The notes: a model not told the origin generated them from the letters alone. DNA of 64,000 bases from a bacterium (GCA_900299215.1 OMIY01000382.1:10206-74205), one strand, 5' to 3'. Counted from the stretch's first letter, positions 37,697 to 48,039 are shown. Numbers and translations are program-made.

Positions 37697-38944
37697 TTGG
37701 CACGTCCAATTGATTGCAAAACTTTCGCACTCTGCCTCGTTATTTGGGCCATTGGTTCAGATATCGCTCAGGCCGCTAATTCAAATAAAAAACCAGCAAA
37801 ATATCAGCGTGAAATCAGAGACGATTTATTTCCTAGACCACCCACGGTGCGCAAGTTGGTCAGGTTTTGGCGAAAAATATTTTACGATTATTCTTCGACG
37901 AGTGCTGTGATTCACGATGCCAATGATACAGATCGCATCGTCGATGTGATTGATTATTCACCGCTTGAGAAACAAAAATTTTCGTTTATGGTACCACGTC
38001 GTGATCGCGATGAAGTGACATCTCGCAATCTGATTAGGTACATCAAAGCAGCTGAGAACTTTGCTAAAGAAGGGGAAGCGGCATTAACGCGCGGTGAGCC
38101 TGAACGGCGACTTTACGAGGCTTACAAATCCAGCCCAGCAGCACTTCAGCGCCTTTACAAAGGTGAAGTGAAACTTCGGGCACAGGGTGGGTTATCAGAT
38201 GACCTTCTGCGTGCAGCAGCCACGGCGCAGGTTTATCTACCTCAAATGGAAAAGATATTTCTTCGCTATGGTGTCCCCACAATACTCACAAGGCTGCCCT
38301 TTGTTGAATCGATGTTTAATTTGAAGGCGAGATCCAAGGTCGGTGCGTCGGGTATTTGGCAGTTCATGCCACAAACAGCCCGCAATTATATTTTTGTTAG
38401 CGATATGGTCGACGAACGGAACGCTCCTGAGAAAGCTACTAAGGCTGCGGCTCAGTTCCTTGCCAACAATTATCGGATGCTAGGGAGTTGGCCACTTGCG
38501 ATTACGGCTTATAATCACGGCGTGATTGGCATGGCTAACGCTGTCAAGAAACATGGGACAAAAGACATCGGAACAATTATTGATACCTACAGCTCACCTA
38601 GCTTTGGATTTGCAAGTCGTAATTTCTACTCCGAATTTCTAGCTGCTGCTGATTCGTACGAGAAGCTTCAACGACAAAACAGAATACCAAAACCCATCGA
38701 CAATCAGCAGACGGCATCAGTGATTTTGCGGCATCCCATGTCTGTCGCTCAAGTTTTGCAAAGTACGACATTAACCAAAGATCAACTTATTGCTTTAAAC
38801 CCTTGCCTTTTAGAAACATCATGGACGCGCAAAATCAACAAGCAGCTTCCAGCCTTTTACGAAATAAAGGTCCCGCGTGTGCTGCAGAAACAGATACAGA
38901 TTGGCATAAAATCCTTCAATGCAAAACGGTACGCAAGGAGATAG
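37697..38944 (+). CDS. Lytic murein transglycosylase (SLT domain, MltD-like)
   Basis: Signal peptide; SLT catalytic motif FVESMFNLKARSKVGASGIWQFMPQTA, then AITAYNHG. TTG start. Confidence 0.8.
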   Translation: MARPIDCKTFALCLVIWAIGSDIAQAANSNKKPAKYQREIRDDLFPRPPTVRKLVRFWRKIFYDYSSTSAVIHDANDTDRIVDVIDYSPLEKQKFSFMVPRRDRDEVTSRNLIRYIKAAENFAKEGEAALTRGEPERRLYEAYKSSPAALQRLYKGEVKLRAQGGLSDDLLRAAATAQVYLPQMEKIFLRYGVPTILTRLPFVESMFNLKARSKVGASGIWQFMPQTARNYIFVSDMVDERNAPEKATKAAAQFLANNYRMLGSWPLAITAYNHGVIGMANAVKKHGTKDIGTIIDTYSSPSFGFASRNFYSEFLAAADSYEKLQRQNRIPKPIDNQQTASVILRHPMSVAQVLQSTTLTKDQLIALNPCLLETSWTRKINKQLPAFYEIKVPRVLQKQIQIGIKSFNAKRYARR

Positions 38945-38951
38945 TGGCATT

Positions 38952-39713
38952 ATGCACTCAAGAGCATTTTTGACCATATTGATGGCCGCCAATCTGGTGG
39001 TATCGTCACATCAGGCCTTTGCCGCCGAGGGCAAAAATACAGAATCTCGAGTGGGTCAAGTTGATACTATCTTGGATCGGTTAGAAAAGCGGTTGCTGGA
39101 TCAAGAAGCCGATGGAATGACCTTTAGTGAAAAACGCTCGGAGCTCAATTTTTTGCGTCAACCTCTCGATGGGAAGGTTAAAAAGTTCCAGTTCAAAGGT
39201 GGCAAATTTGAGTCCAAAGCGCCTGAGAAAGATCGTCTTAAGGCTATTGAGGTGCTTGTCACAGATCTAGAGCGGCAGGTCGATGCGCTTGCGGCGAAAG
39301 TACAGAAAACTAAGCAAGCAGTAATAGACGATGCGACCCTTAGTAACAACATAGTAGTCGATGCAGAGCTTGAAGGAGTCGACAAAGCTACCATCAAATC
39401 GATGCGGATTCGCCTCGATGGCTACGAATTATATAGCGTCTCGGACGCTTCCGGGCTTTGGCTACCGGCAAAAATCATGCCTATTTATTCGGGGCCTCTA
39501 CAACCTGGCTCGCACCGTATCGATCTAGAGGTCCGTTTGATGCTTCGTACCAATCCTGATCTACCATTGAACACAGATATATACAGACTGCTCAATAAGA
39601 GCTTTTCGATGATTGTAGGTGGTGGCACAACGCAAGGCCGTTACGTAATTGCAATCAAAGCCCCCGAGACAATGGATGCTGCAGCCGAGGCTAATTTAAA
39701 GGAAATCATTTGA
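38952..39713 (+). CDS. Hypothetical periplasmic coiled-coil / beta-domain protein
   Basis: Signal peptide MHSRAFLTILMAANLVVSSHQAFA, coiled coils, and a C-terminal beta-rich segment (IRLDGYELY...GSHRIDLEVRL). It starts 7 nt after the upstream stop. Confidence 0.55.
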   Translation: MHSRAFLTILMAANLVVSSHQAFAAEGKNTESRVGQVDTILDRLEKRLLDQEADGMTFSEKRSELNFLRQPLDGKVKKFQFKGGKFESKAPEKDRLKAIEVLVTDLERQVDALAAKVQKTKQAVIDDATLSNNIVVDAELEGVDKATIKSMRIRLDGYELYSVSDASGLWLPAKIMPIYSGPLQPGSHRIDLEVRLMLRTNPDLPLNTDIYRLLNKSFSMIVGGGTTQGRYVIAIKAPETMDAAAEANLKEII

Positions 39714-42040
39714 TAAAATTGTTTCAAAAAATCGGTATTAAAGTGCCGCGTTTAGGCAGCATTTTTGTCATTTTATTTATTTTAAATTCCAATTCTAACG
39801 AAGCTTATTCCAGTAATTATGTAGAAGAGCCTGAGACTGAATTGGCTTTAATTAAGGCTAGTCTCGACCAATGGCTTTTGAAGCTTAATGCTGAAGAAAA
39901 ATTGAATCATGAATATGGTATCGGACCCCAAAACGATGCCGCAGAACGAGCTTGGATTAACTCGAATGAATTCTTCGGACGTAAGGAATGGACGTCTGCA
40001 ATCCGCGAGTTAAATAACTTTCTCAATCAGCTTCAGGTCCCAGATGGCGAGCGCTTCTTGAAATCGCAGTACATGCTCGGTATCGCCTATGAGGAGCTTC
40101 AGTACCGAGAAAAGTCAGTAAAGGCTTATTTTCGATATATAGCAGCAACTTTGACCTCGAAGCAGGAGAGATACGAAGAACTACTCGATGTCCTGAGGCG
40201 ACTTGTGCCGCTGGCCAGTACAGTAGCTACAAAGAAGGAGCTCAGGCAGCAGTTGGCTGCATTAACTAGTCTCGATCTGCCAAAAAGTATCAGGCATTTG
40301 GTTTATTACTATGCAGGTAAAGCTGCAATTGGCGTCGGTGACTTCATGATCGCAGACGAATGGCTTCGCGAGGTAGCTGCAATTGAGGACGACGAAGTTC
40401 TGAAATCACGAGCAACTTACCTTTCAGGTGTGATTGCCATTCAGAGCAAAAAGACGGATCTGGCAGAGGAATATTTCAGTAAAGCTATTGCTTCTAAGGG
40501 CGATGAGGAGACACGCGACCTCGCTAGATTGGCCCTAGCGAGACTAGCCTTTAAACAGAGGAAATCTGCGGTCGCAATCAGATATTACGATGCTATTTCC
40601 TCAGAGGCTCCCGCATTTAAAGATGCAACTTTTGAAAGCATATATGCACTGATGGACACGAAAAATGAAGCTGAGGCTCGAGTCAAAGCCCTCCTATATC
40701 TTAGTCGATGGCCCGAGGGGTCTGAGGCGATGCAGGTTCGAATCTTACTTCCTTATTTAGACATGAAGGTGGGCGATCTTACAGCTGCCAAGGCATCCAT
40801 AGGAGAGGCTGATCGACGTCTACAGGACATTAAGAAGTGGTTGCAGGTAAATCTTGCGACTCAGTCGTCAATTACTCAGACTATACTTGATGACCTTAAG
40901 ACGTTAACGGGACCACAATTACCAGTTCCTGCAACGGTGGAGAGAGCGACGCAGTTGTACGTGAGGTTGGCTGAGCTTTCTCGACGCTTATATGACATCC
41001 GGGGAAGTGTAAGAAACACACTTTTCACGGTTGGGCGGGCTCGAATTGAAAACCTTCGGCCATTTTGGATTAAAAGAGCTTCGCAATTGAATATTGCGGC
41101 AGAAGAGCTATTGAAAATTGGGCATCGACTGATCGAAACCGAGAGGCGACTGTACGCAAATAGGCTAAGCCCGGTTGATCGGCAAAGACTTGAGGCATCA
41201 TTTGCACGCAGATCTAGTCTGCTAAGTGTCCCGGCAATCAGTCACAGAAAAGCGCGAAATTGGGATGATTTTACGACCACCTCAGCCCTGACAGCTAGGG
41301 TTGCAGGCCTAAACGCAAAGGTTTCCCAAATTAAATCGCAACTAGCTGCGGCTAAGTACTCCTGTCTTCTATCGACTAAAGGAGATGGACAGGGAGAAGA
41401 GCTTGTAAAAATTGAAGAGCAGATCCAAAAGATGGAGAAACTGCAGGAATTTACTCTACGAAGTTTGGAAGCGATTCGCAGATACAGAGTTAATGAAATT
41501 GCAGAAGAATCGCCTCATATCGCGACTTATATGCTATTCCAGGGGTATGCGTCTGCCTTGATCGATGAAGAGCTTGTTTTGTCTCGGCCTCGTAGTATCG
41601 CAAAATCAAGTCATGAGCGCTTAAACGCTGAAGATGCAAATGCTGCGTGGGCCCAATGGCGAATTTTAGCGAGTATGCTAGTTGACCAATTGGCGAATCT
41701 AGATCACGAAATGCGCAAGAAATTGGGTGGTTTGGTCGAAGACCTTGACTCTCAAGAAAATGGCTTTGAATTGTCCGATGCAAAAATTTTAACTCTCAAT
41801 CGAATGCTTTCCGATCAATTGGGTCAATCATTGAATTCAATCGTAGATCAGTATAACAGCGCCATTGATGAGAGATTTGCGCGACATCAAAAGATGCGAG
41901 GCGACATTGATTATTTAAGTTACTTAAATAAGCGCGAAGATCGAGAAAAATTACAGGATCAATACAACCTTGAGCAGCAGATACTCCGCGATAATCTGCT
42001 CGGACTGCAACAAGGGGCGTTGTGGCAATGGCCAAATTAG
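39710..42040 (+). CDS. Large exported helical-repeat (TPR-like) / coiled-coil protein
   Basis: 776 aa; N-terminal hydrophobic signal/anchor; TPR-like repeats in the first half and long coiled coils in the second. TTGA start/stop overlap with the upstream gene. Confidence 0.6.
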   Translation: MIKLFQKIGIKVPRLGSIFVILFILNSNSNEAYSSNYVEEPETELALIKASLDQWLLKLNAEEKLNHEYGIGPQNDAAERAWINSNEFFGRKEWTSAIRELNNFLNQLQVPDGERFLKSQYMLGIAYEELQYREKSVKAYFRYIAATLTSKQERYEELLDVLRRLVPLASTVATKKELRQQLAALTSLDLPKSIRHLVYYYAGKAAIGVGDFMIADEWLREVAAIEDDEVLKSRATYLSGVIAIQSKKTDLAEEYFSKAIASKGDEETRDLARLALARLAFKQRKSAVAIRYYDAISSEAPAFKDATFESIYALMDTKNEAEARVKALLYLSRWPEGSEAMQVRILLPYLDMKVGDLTAAKASIGEADRRLQDIKKWLQVNLATQSSITQTILDDLKTLTGPQLPVPATVERATQLYVRLAELSRRLYDIRGSVRNTLFTVGRARIENLRPFWIKRASQLNIAAEELLKIGHRLIETERRLYANRLSPVDRQRLEASFARRSSLLSVPAISHRKARNWDDFTTTSALTARVAGLNAKVSQIKSQLAAAKYSCLLSTKGDGQGEELVKIEEQIQKMEKLQEFTLRSLEAIRRYRVNEIAEESPHIATYMLFQGYASALIDEELVLSRPRSIAKSSHERLNAEDANAAWAQWRILASMLVDQLANLDHEMRKKLGGLVEDLDSQENGFELSDAKILTLNRMLSDQLGQSLNSIVDQYNSAIDERFARHQKMRGDIDYLSYLNKREDREKLQDQYNLEQQILRDNLLGLQQGALWQWPN

Positions 42041-45000
42041 TCAAGTTAGTGTGGTCGGCAATACTGGTTTTGCACCTTGCACCTACAGTGTACGCTGCGG
42101 GTCAGAGGGAAGAATTTCCACCAGAGGTAAGTGATCCGATCGCAATTGAGGCGATTAGGAAATACTGGGGTGCATTTGAAGCTTATGAGTACAACCTTTT
42201 AAAGGACGGTGAGAAAAAATTCAATGAGGCCTGGCGCGAAGTTAAGAAAAACTTCCAAAAATCGCGCTTGAAAATCAGTGCTGCAGAACTTGAGGCGCTT
42301 CAACGAGCTGCCCAAAATTATCGGACTCAACTTCAAAATCATCAGAATTCGGCTAGTCGTCCATTTACACTTCTAAATTTAGCGCAAATTCTAGCGTTAA
42401 TTGGTGATCATCAGGCATCGGAAGACCCAGATGCTGGAACTTTTGCAAGATCTGAAGCACTCGCTTTGGTAAAAGATATCGAAGTTAACTATCGTACTTT
42501 TCGACACCTGGACCAGGCACTCTATTTGCGAGCAACAGTGCTTGCGGGAATGGGGCGAGATGACGAATCGCTGGATGCCTGGCGAAGTCTAGCAAGCTCT
42601 GCTCCGGCTTCGGTGTACGGTATGTACGCTAAGATTGCGATTGGAGATGACTTTTATAAGAAGGATCAGCCACTCGATGCACTCAGATCTTATCAAGATG
42701 CCCAAGATATCTTAGCTAAGATTCGGATTGAGGATAGTGACTTCGAGAGAGTTCGCCTTGATTACCGTCTTGGTTGGTCAGCTTATCGCGCTACTGAATT
42801 GGAGGCCGCGATTGCGGCTTCAACTGATCTTTTGAGTCCTGAATTGCGATTTAGTTCGACAGATCAGAAAGGGCGGATTCAACAGGATGCAATTGACTTA
42901 ATTGGTGACGCTCTATTCGAAAACAATGTTCTTGAGCGAACCTATAGCGAATTAAGGCGGACAGATCTTGTCGAGTTCTCTGGAGCAATTGGTCTCAGAA
43001 CGATCAAGAAGTATTTTGCAAATGGAAATTATGACCAAGCAGCGCAATTGGCATCGTTCATCTATAGGACTGTGCCACTTTGCCTACAGTTGCCGGAGAT
43101 TTTGCGCATTGAAGCGGACGCATTTGGCAAAATTGGTAAGCCAGAGTTGCGTATAAAAAGCCTTGAGGCTTTGGCCGAGATGTTGCCATCTCAAAGTCTT
43201 TGGCGCGCAAGAAACAAGGCTAACTTAAAAGCCACAAAGTCTATGGAGCAAATCAGTAAGCAAGCAGCAGAAGTTGTGGCGATTAGTAATTACGAAACAG
43301 CGATTGCATCCGGTAATCCGCGGCTATTTCTTAATTCTGCCGCGCTGTATGAAACGCTCATCGAACAGTTTCCGTCAGATTCACAGGCCAATGAATGGCG
43401 ATTGCGACGAGCCCATAGCGCCTATTTCTCAGAAAATAATGATGAAGCGGCAAAACTTTATACAGCGCTAAAAACTGACTTCAAGGTCTCTCCAGAAATT
43501 CTGCAAATTGCTTCCTACCAACTTGTTTTAACTAACGAGAGGAGGTGGCGTGAAGCGTTCGCACGAGCTGTAGGTAAAGGTGATGACCCCTATACAGATG
43601 GCCCCACCCTTACAACTTTAGCTGAACTGGAAAAAAGTATAGATGAGTTTTCATCGCGCTTTGCCGGACAGAGTCGAGCTGTGGATTTGCTGTTGGTGGG
43701 TGCAAGCGCAAATCGAGATATGAATCGTTTAGGTGATGCTAGTCGCTATTGGCAAAGAGCATTGGTCTCACAACCGTCTCCCGCTCAGCGAGGCTTAGCG
43801 GTTCGAGGATTGATTTTGACTGCGATGAAAATCGGTAGCCCGGCCGAAGTGATAGAAGCATGTCGTCGATATCTTAAACTTGAAGATTGGCAAGCTTTAG
43901 GGTTGACGATTGCAACCGAGCTGAATGGTGTTCTTTCAGCTGCAACTTTAGAGCAGGGCAAGGTATTGGTGGGCAGCGGGAAGCTGCAAGAAGCCGGTGA
44001 ACTGATGGTTGGGGTGGCAGAGGAATTTCCTAAAGTTCCGGAACGCGAGAGGATTTATCGCGATGGTGCTTATCAACTTGCCATTGGTGGTGAATGGAGC
44101 GGTGCAGAGAAAGCTGCGCAAGGGTATATCCAGGCCGGCTTAGTAACTTACCGTGGTGATATGGTTTATTTGCTGGCAAGAGCGCAGGAATACCAGCTAA
44201 GGCTTCATGACGCGGCTAAAAGTTATGCTGAATTGGCGGATAAATATCCAACCCATGCTCGCGCTGCGACAAGTGCTGCAAGGGCGGAGCGACTCGCCGT
44301 CGCCGAGGGTGATTACAGCCTAGCTGCGCGTGCGGCAACTATGCAGGCAGAACGCGCTACTGTCGAAAAAGTTCGGAGAGCAGATTACGCACGCGCGGCA
44401 GAATATCTTGATAAAGATGGAGACCCTAACCGGGCTCTATTGATTGCTCGCAAAGGTCAGAGAGCGAGTCGAACTGCGGCAGAGCGCTATCGGGCGGAAC
44501 TTCAGATCGCTCGTTTGGCTTTTAAGACCGGTTCCGAGCAAGAGGCGTTAGATGATCTTGCGATTTTAGCGAAGCAGATCGATAAAAGCTCGGGAAAGAT
44601 GCCACAGCAAGATTTTGCCGCTATATCAGGGGAAGTACACGTGATGTTGGGTGATGAGTCTAAGCGACAATTTGAAGATTTCAATATCATCGAGCGTGGT
44701 CCGGACTTCAATGCCAACATCGAAAAGAAGACGGAATATTTTGCAAATATGTCGTCCGAATATGATAAGGCTGCGGCATCGGGTGATCCGAAGTGGGGTA
44801 GCGAGGCAAGATTTCAAATCGCCTCCTCAGCCGAGGCTTTAGCCGATGAAATTGCTGCTATGCCTGCACGCAACGGTGAGCAGCTAACGCTTAAATCTCA
44901 GAATCGATATAATGCAACGGTCCAAAGACTAAAATCATTGGCGCAGAAATATTATGGTGCCAATGTTTTGGCGGCACGCAAGAATCCGGATCTGTACAAA

Positions 45001-45129
45001 GACAACGTCTGGATAAGTAAATCTGCGACAAGGCTAGGTGGTGTCCTTGCAACCGATCAAGTGACGAGGCACAAGGAAGCATTACCTACGGCTGTACAAA
45101 GCAATGTTCCATCGGATTGGAGCCTTTGA
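42022..45129 (+). CDS. Very large exported TPR-repeat protein
   Basis: 1035 aa; signal peptide ...LAPTVYAAG; YbgF/BamD-style TPR repeats throughout. 19-nt overlap with the upstream gene. Confidence 0.65.
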   Translation: MAMAKLVKLVWSAILVLHLAPTVYAAGQREEFPPEVSDPIAIEAIRKYWGAFEAYEYNLLKDGEKKFNEAWREVKKNFQKSRLKISAAELEALQRAAQNYRTQLQNHQNSASRPFTLLNLAQILALIGDHQASEDPDAGTFARSEALALVKDIEVNYRTFRHLDQALYLRATVLAGMGRDDESLDAWRSLASSAPASVYGMYAKIAIGDDFYKKDQPLDALRSYQDAQDILAKIRIEDSDFERVRLDYRLGWSAYRATELEAAIAASTDLLSPELRFSSTDQKGRIQQDAIDLIGDALFENNVLERTYSELRRTDLVEFSGAIGLRTIKKYFANGNYDQAAQLASFIYRTVPLCLQLPEILRIEADAFGKIGKPELRIKSLEALAEMLPSQSLWRARNKANLKATKSMEQISKQAAEVVAISNYETAIASGNPRLFLNSAALYETLIEQFPSDSQANEWRLRRAHSAYFSENNDEAAKLYTALKTDFKVSPEILQIASYQLVLTNERRWREAFARAVGKGDDPYTDGPTLTTLAELEKSIDEFSSRFAGQSRAVDLLLVGASANRDMNRLGDASRYWQRALVSQPSPAQRGLAVRGLILTAMKIGSPAEVIEACRRYLKLEDWQALGLTIATELNGVLSAATLEQGKVLVGSGKLQEAGELMVGVAEEFPKVPERERIYRDGAYQLAIGGEWSGAEKAAQGYIQAGLVTYRGDMVYLLARAQEYQLRLHDAAKSYAELADKYPTHARAATSAARAERLAVAEGDYSLAARAATMQAERATVEKVRRADYARAAEYLDKDGDPNRALLIARKGQRASRTAAERYRAELQIARLAFKTGSEQEALDDLAILAKQIDKSSGKMPQQDFAAISGEVHVMLGDESKRQFEDFNIIERGPDFNANIEKKTEYFANMSSEYDKAAASGDPKWGSEARFQIASSAEALADEIAAMPARNGEQLTLKSQNRYNATVQRLKSLAQKYYGANVLAARKNPDLYKDNVWISKSATRLGGVLATDQVTRHKEALPTAVQSNVPSDWSL

Positions 45130-46328
45130 TGCTAAGTAAATTCGCAACAAAGTTAGTTTTTCTGAGTCTTTCCGTTTCCGGATGCTTGGGAACAACGAGT
45201 ACCCAAAATGCCGACTCTGATCTTGATTTAGGTTCCACCGCCATAGTTAAAATTAAAGGTAAGTCATCAAAGGGAGATCATTCTGTCCGTGTTGCTAGAT
45301 CCGATTTGAAGGTTCCTCCGCATGCAGTGACCAATTGGCGCAGTTTTTTTAAAGCACCACCAACGGTAAAAGAGCGATCAATTCTCGAGCAACGTCTGCG
45401 TCATTCCTATGATTCTGATGATGTGGATAGTTTATTGGGGCGGGCGCGTTCTGAGCTTGCCTTAGGGCGGTTTATTGCTGCCGAAACAACCTTGCGATTG
45501 GTGCTTCGGCATGATGAGCGTAACGTAGAGGCAATGATTGAATTAGCATCGCTTTACCTGCGTCTCAATCGAGTGAATGATAGCTTCGATCTTTTGAGTC
45601 AGGCAAAAGTTGTCATCAATAATTCAGATGATGTGGGTCAGGGTGTAGCGATGAAGTATCGTTATACTTTGGCCCTGGCATATACAGCACGAGGAGATAA
45701 GGAAAAGGCGCATAAAATACTGAGTGACCTAATTGGAATCGATAAAACCTTTGCCCCAGCCTATGCGACTCTTGGACAGTCCTACTTGAACTCTGGTCGT
45801 GATTCGGTTGCTGAGTTTGTGATTCGACGTGGTTTAGATCGGGTTCAGGATAGCGGCAGTCTTCTTAACCTAATGGGTGTGATCGCTCAACGGCAAAAGC
45901 GTCCTGAAGAAGCGAGGTCATGGTTCGATAAAGCACTAAAATCAACTCCAAGCTATGCGCCTGCATTAGTGAACCGTGCAGTTTTAAGTACGGAAAATCT
46001 CGAATACGCCGCAGCTGAGCAAGATTTGCTGCAAGCGCTTGCTCTTGATCCTCAGAATGTCGAGGGTTTGGTGGCACTTGGTGTGGTGCAGAAAAGGCAG
46101 GGTAATGTGTCCGGGGCTAAGGCCTCGTTCATAAAGGCCATTGAAGTTGGTCCAGAAGATCCCTACGCAAGATTTAATCTAGCAGTGTTGCAGGCTGACG
46201 AACTTAACCGACCGAGTGAGGCATCTCGGCTATTCAAGGAGGTCCTGCAGATGAGTACAGCTACTGAGGGACTAAAGGACCTTGCACGCACGTATATGAC
46301 TGATTTGCAGCCGAAGTCAAATCGTTAA
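45117..46328 (+). CDS. TPR-repeat lipoprotein
   Basis: Lipobox SVSGC; at least 6 canonical TPRs (for example AEQDLLQALALDPQNVEGLVALGVV). 13-nt overlap with the upstream gene. Confidence 0.7.
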   Translation: MEPLMLSKFATKLVFLSLSVSGCLGTTSTQNADSDLDLGSTAIVKIKGKSSKGDHSVRVARSDLKVPPHAVTNWRSFFKAPPTVKERSILEQRLRHSYDSDDVDSLLGRARSELALGRFIAAETTLRLVLRHDERNVEAMIELASLYLRLNRVNDSFDLLSQAKVVINNSDDVGQGVAMKYRYTLALAYTARGDKEKAHKILSDLIGIDKTFAPAYATLGQSYLNSGRDSVAEFVIRRGLDRVQDSGSLLNLMGVIAQRQKRPEEARSWFDKALKSTPSYAPALVNRAVLSTENLEYAAAEQDLLQALALDPQNVEGLVALGVVQKRQGNVSGAKASFIKAIEVGPEDPYARFNLAVLQADELNRPSEASRLFKEVLQMSTATEGLKDLARTYMTDLQPKSNR

Positions 46329-46390
46329 ACTTCTGATTTAACAATGGTAAATGTCAAAAAAGGTAAGCCGGCCTCAAGTTGTGACCAACT

Positions 46391-47013
46391 TTGACCGAAG
46401 CTCAGGTTGGGACTACGGTCGAGGACTACATGGGCTCAGATCACAACAACCATTCTGAAGGTAATTTACCGGTGGGTGACCATCCTACCGGAGCCTACGA
46501 TACTACTAGTTACATCCTTGTAGTGGACGACGATAACACTCTGCTTAAATTTTTCAAAATTCATCTAAATAAATTCTTTTCCAAAGTAATCGTCGTAAAA
46601 AATGCGCGAGAGGCAGCTCAGACTCTCGCGGAGAAGCAGGTAGATTTAGTACTCTGTGACATCAGGATGCCGCGAGTAAATGGCTTCCAACTGATGCGTC
46701 GAGTGCGTCGTCATGACCCGAGTATACCTGTTCTCTTAATTAGCGGTGCTTTGTTAACTGAAGAGCAGGAAAGCGAAGCTTTGCTTTTGGCCGACGGTTT
46801 TTTACTAAGCCGTTCTCCGTAGACGAGCTACATCAGTTTATAAATAGAGGCATGGAATTGCGGGCACAGTTTGCTCGGTTGGTACTGCTTTTAGGCGACA
46901 AAAAACTTTTACGCCCAGTCCTTGCCGGCAAGCGGAAAGTTGAAAGAATCATCGAGACGGAACTTTTTGACGAGGCCAGGTTACTAATTTCGGCCATTAA
47001 AAAAGTTGGCTAG
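46391..47013 (+). pseudogene. Response regulator (REC domain plus short C-terminal extension) interrupted by a -1 frameshift at a T6 run
   Basis: Frame 1 (46391-46822) gives ILVVDDD...DLVLCDIRMP...PVLLISG...ADGFLLSRSP*. Shifting at TTTTTT (46798-46803) gives ...TKPFSVDELHQFINRGMELRAQF... running to the TAG at 47011-47013. That restores the canonical REC ending D-x-F-L-x-KPF-x-x-x-EL. Confidence 0.7.
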
Positions 47014-47017
47014 CCGA

Positions 47018-47452
47018 TCATATCTTTCGCTCGACGCATCGAGAAGTAAGAGCTGCTGCGTGACTAAACAGGCTGATCAGCGCCGCAGAAAGTAGTGCTC
47101 CCAGAATCAGGCCTAACGGGTCTGAGTCGTTACCTGGTGCTTTTAAAGAACGCAGGAACATTCCTGGGCCCATCGCCACAACCCCGCATACAAGCCCAGC
47201 AGTTTGCAGCACTTTAAATCGATCTGCAATTCTTGAATAGGGTAAGGTAAGGCCAAATACGATGTGGAGTAGGCCGAACAGATTACTGTGTCCATGGGCA
47301 CTGCTTAGTAATACTGAGCTCCAAGTCTGGCTTATGGATTTTTCAGCAATGTATGTGGCTGTCAGGTCCGTAGCAAGAAAAGCGCCACAAGCGGCTGCGA
47401 GGAACAAGGTCCAAAATCCGATTGTTAAATTGAAGAGTGCAATTCTAGACAT
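47018..47452 (-). CDS. Hypothetical 4-TM membrane protein
   Basis: 144 aa with four hydrophobic helices and a conserved-looking SAHGHSNLFG segment. Confidence 0.45.
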   Translation of the reverse strand: MSRIALFNLTIGFWTLFLAAACGAFLATDLTATYIAEKSISQTWSSVLLSSAHGHSNLFGLLHIVFGLTLPYSRIADRFKVLQTAGLVCGVVAMGPGMFLRSLKAPGNDSDPLGLILGALLSAALISLFSHAAALTSRCVERKI

Positions 47453-47466
47453 AGAGCTATCTTATT

Positions 47467-47922
47467 TTAGGTTCCTAAAAGGCCAAGGGCGGAGAGTCCC
47501 TGACGATATGCCTGCTGTTTAAACGGCACCACTCTCTTTAGGGCTTCAGAGACGGTCACCCAAGCTAATGCTCGAAATTCCTTATCTGTGGCTCTGTCTA
47601 GGGAAGGTTCGTGACCAGCTGGTAACCGGATGTGAAACCATATTTGATCTTGGCCTTTAAATTTTTTCGTAAGAGGACCCGAGATATCAGACGGGAAATC
47701 ATATCGAATTGCGGCAACACTTCGTCCGAGAACAATGAATTCAGCGACTCCGATCTCTTCTTGAATTTCACGACGAAGAGCGGTCTCAGGAGATTCGCCT
47801 GAGTCAATTCCCCCCTGAGGAAACTGCCATGAACCTGGCGGTTCGGTTCTTTCTCCTACAAGTACAAGGCCATCCCTATTGGTCACAACGGCAAGGACGC
47901 ACGGTCTATACTCAGATTCCAA
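47467..47922 (-). CDS. rppH: RNA pyrophosphohydrolase (Nudix)
   Basis: Nudix box WQFPQGGIDSGESPETALRREIQEEIG; 151 aa. Confidence 0.8.
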   Translation of the reverse strand: MESEYRPCVLAVVTNRDGLVLVGERTEPPGSWQFPQGGIDSGESPETALRREIQEEIGVAEFIVLGRSVAAIRYDFPSDISGPLTKKFKGQDQIWFHIRLPAGHEPSLDRATDKEFRALAWVTVSEALKRVVPFKQQAYRQGLSALGLLGT

Positions 47923-47961
47923 TGGACTACCTCTCGAGGCTGATTTTTCGCGTCTCTATTA

Positions 47962-47970
47962 TGGTATAAT
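47962..47970 (+). promoter_or_regulatory. Extended -10 promoter element (TGgTATAAT)
   Basis: A perfect TGNTATAAT lies 70 nt upstream of the ATG at 48040. Confidence 0.35.
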
Positions 47971-48039
47971 AAACTAATCAGACCTTTCGGTCAGCCCCCT
48001 AATCCTCCATTAGTGTCACACCATCTCAAGAGTGCTACG

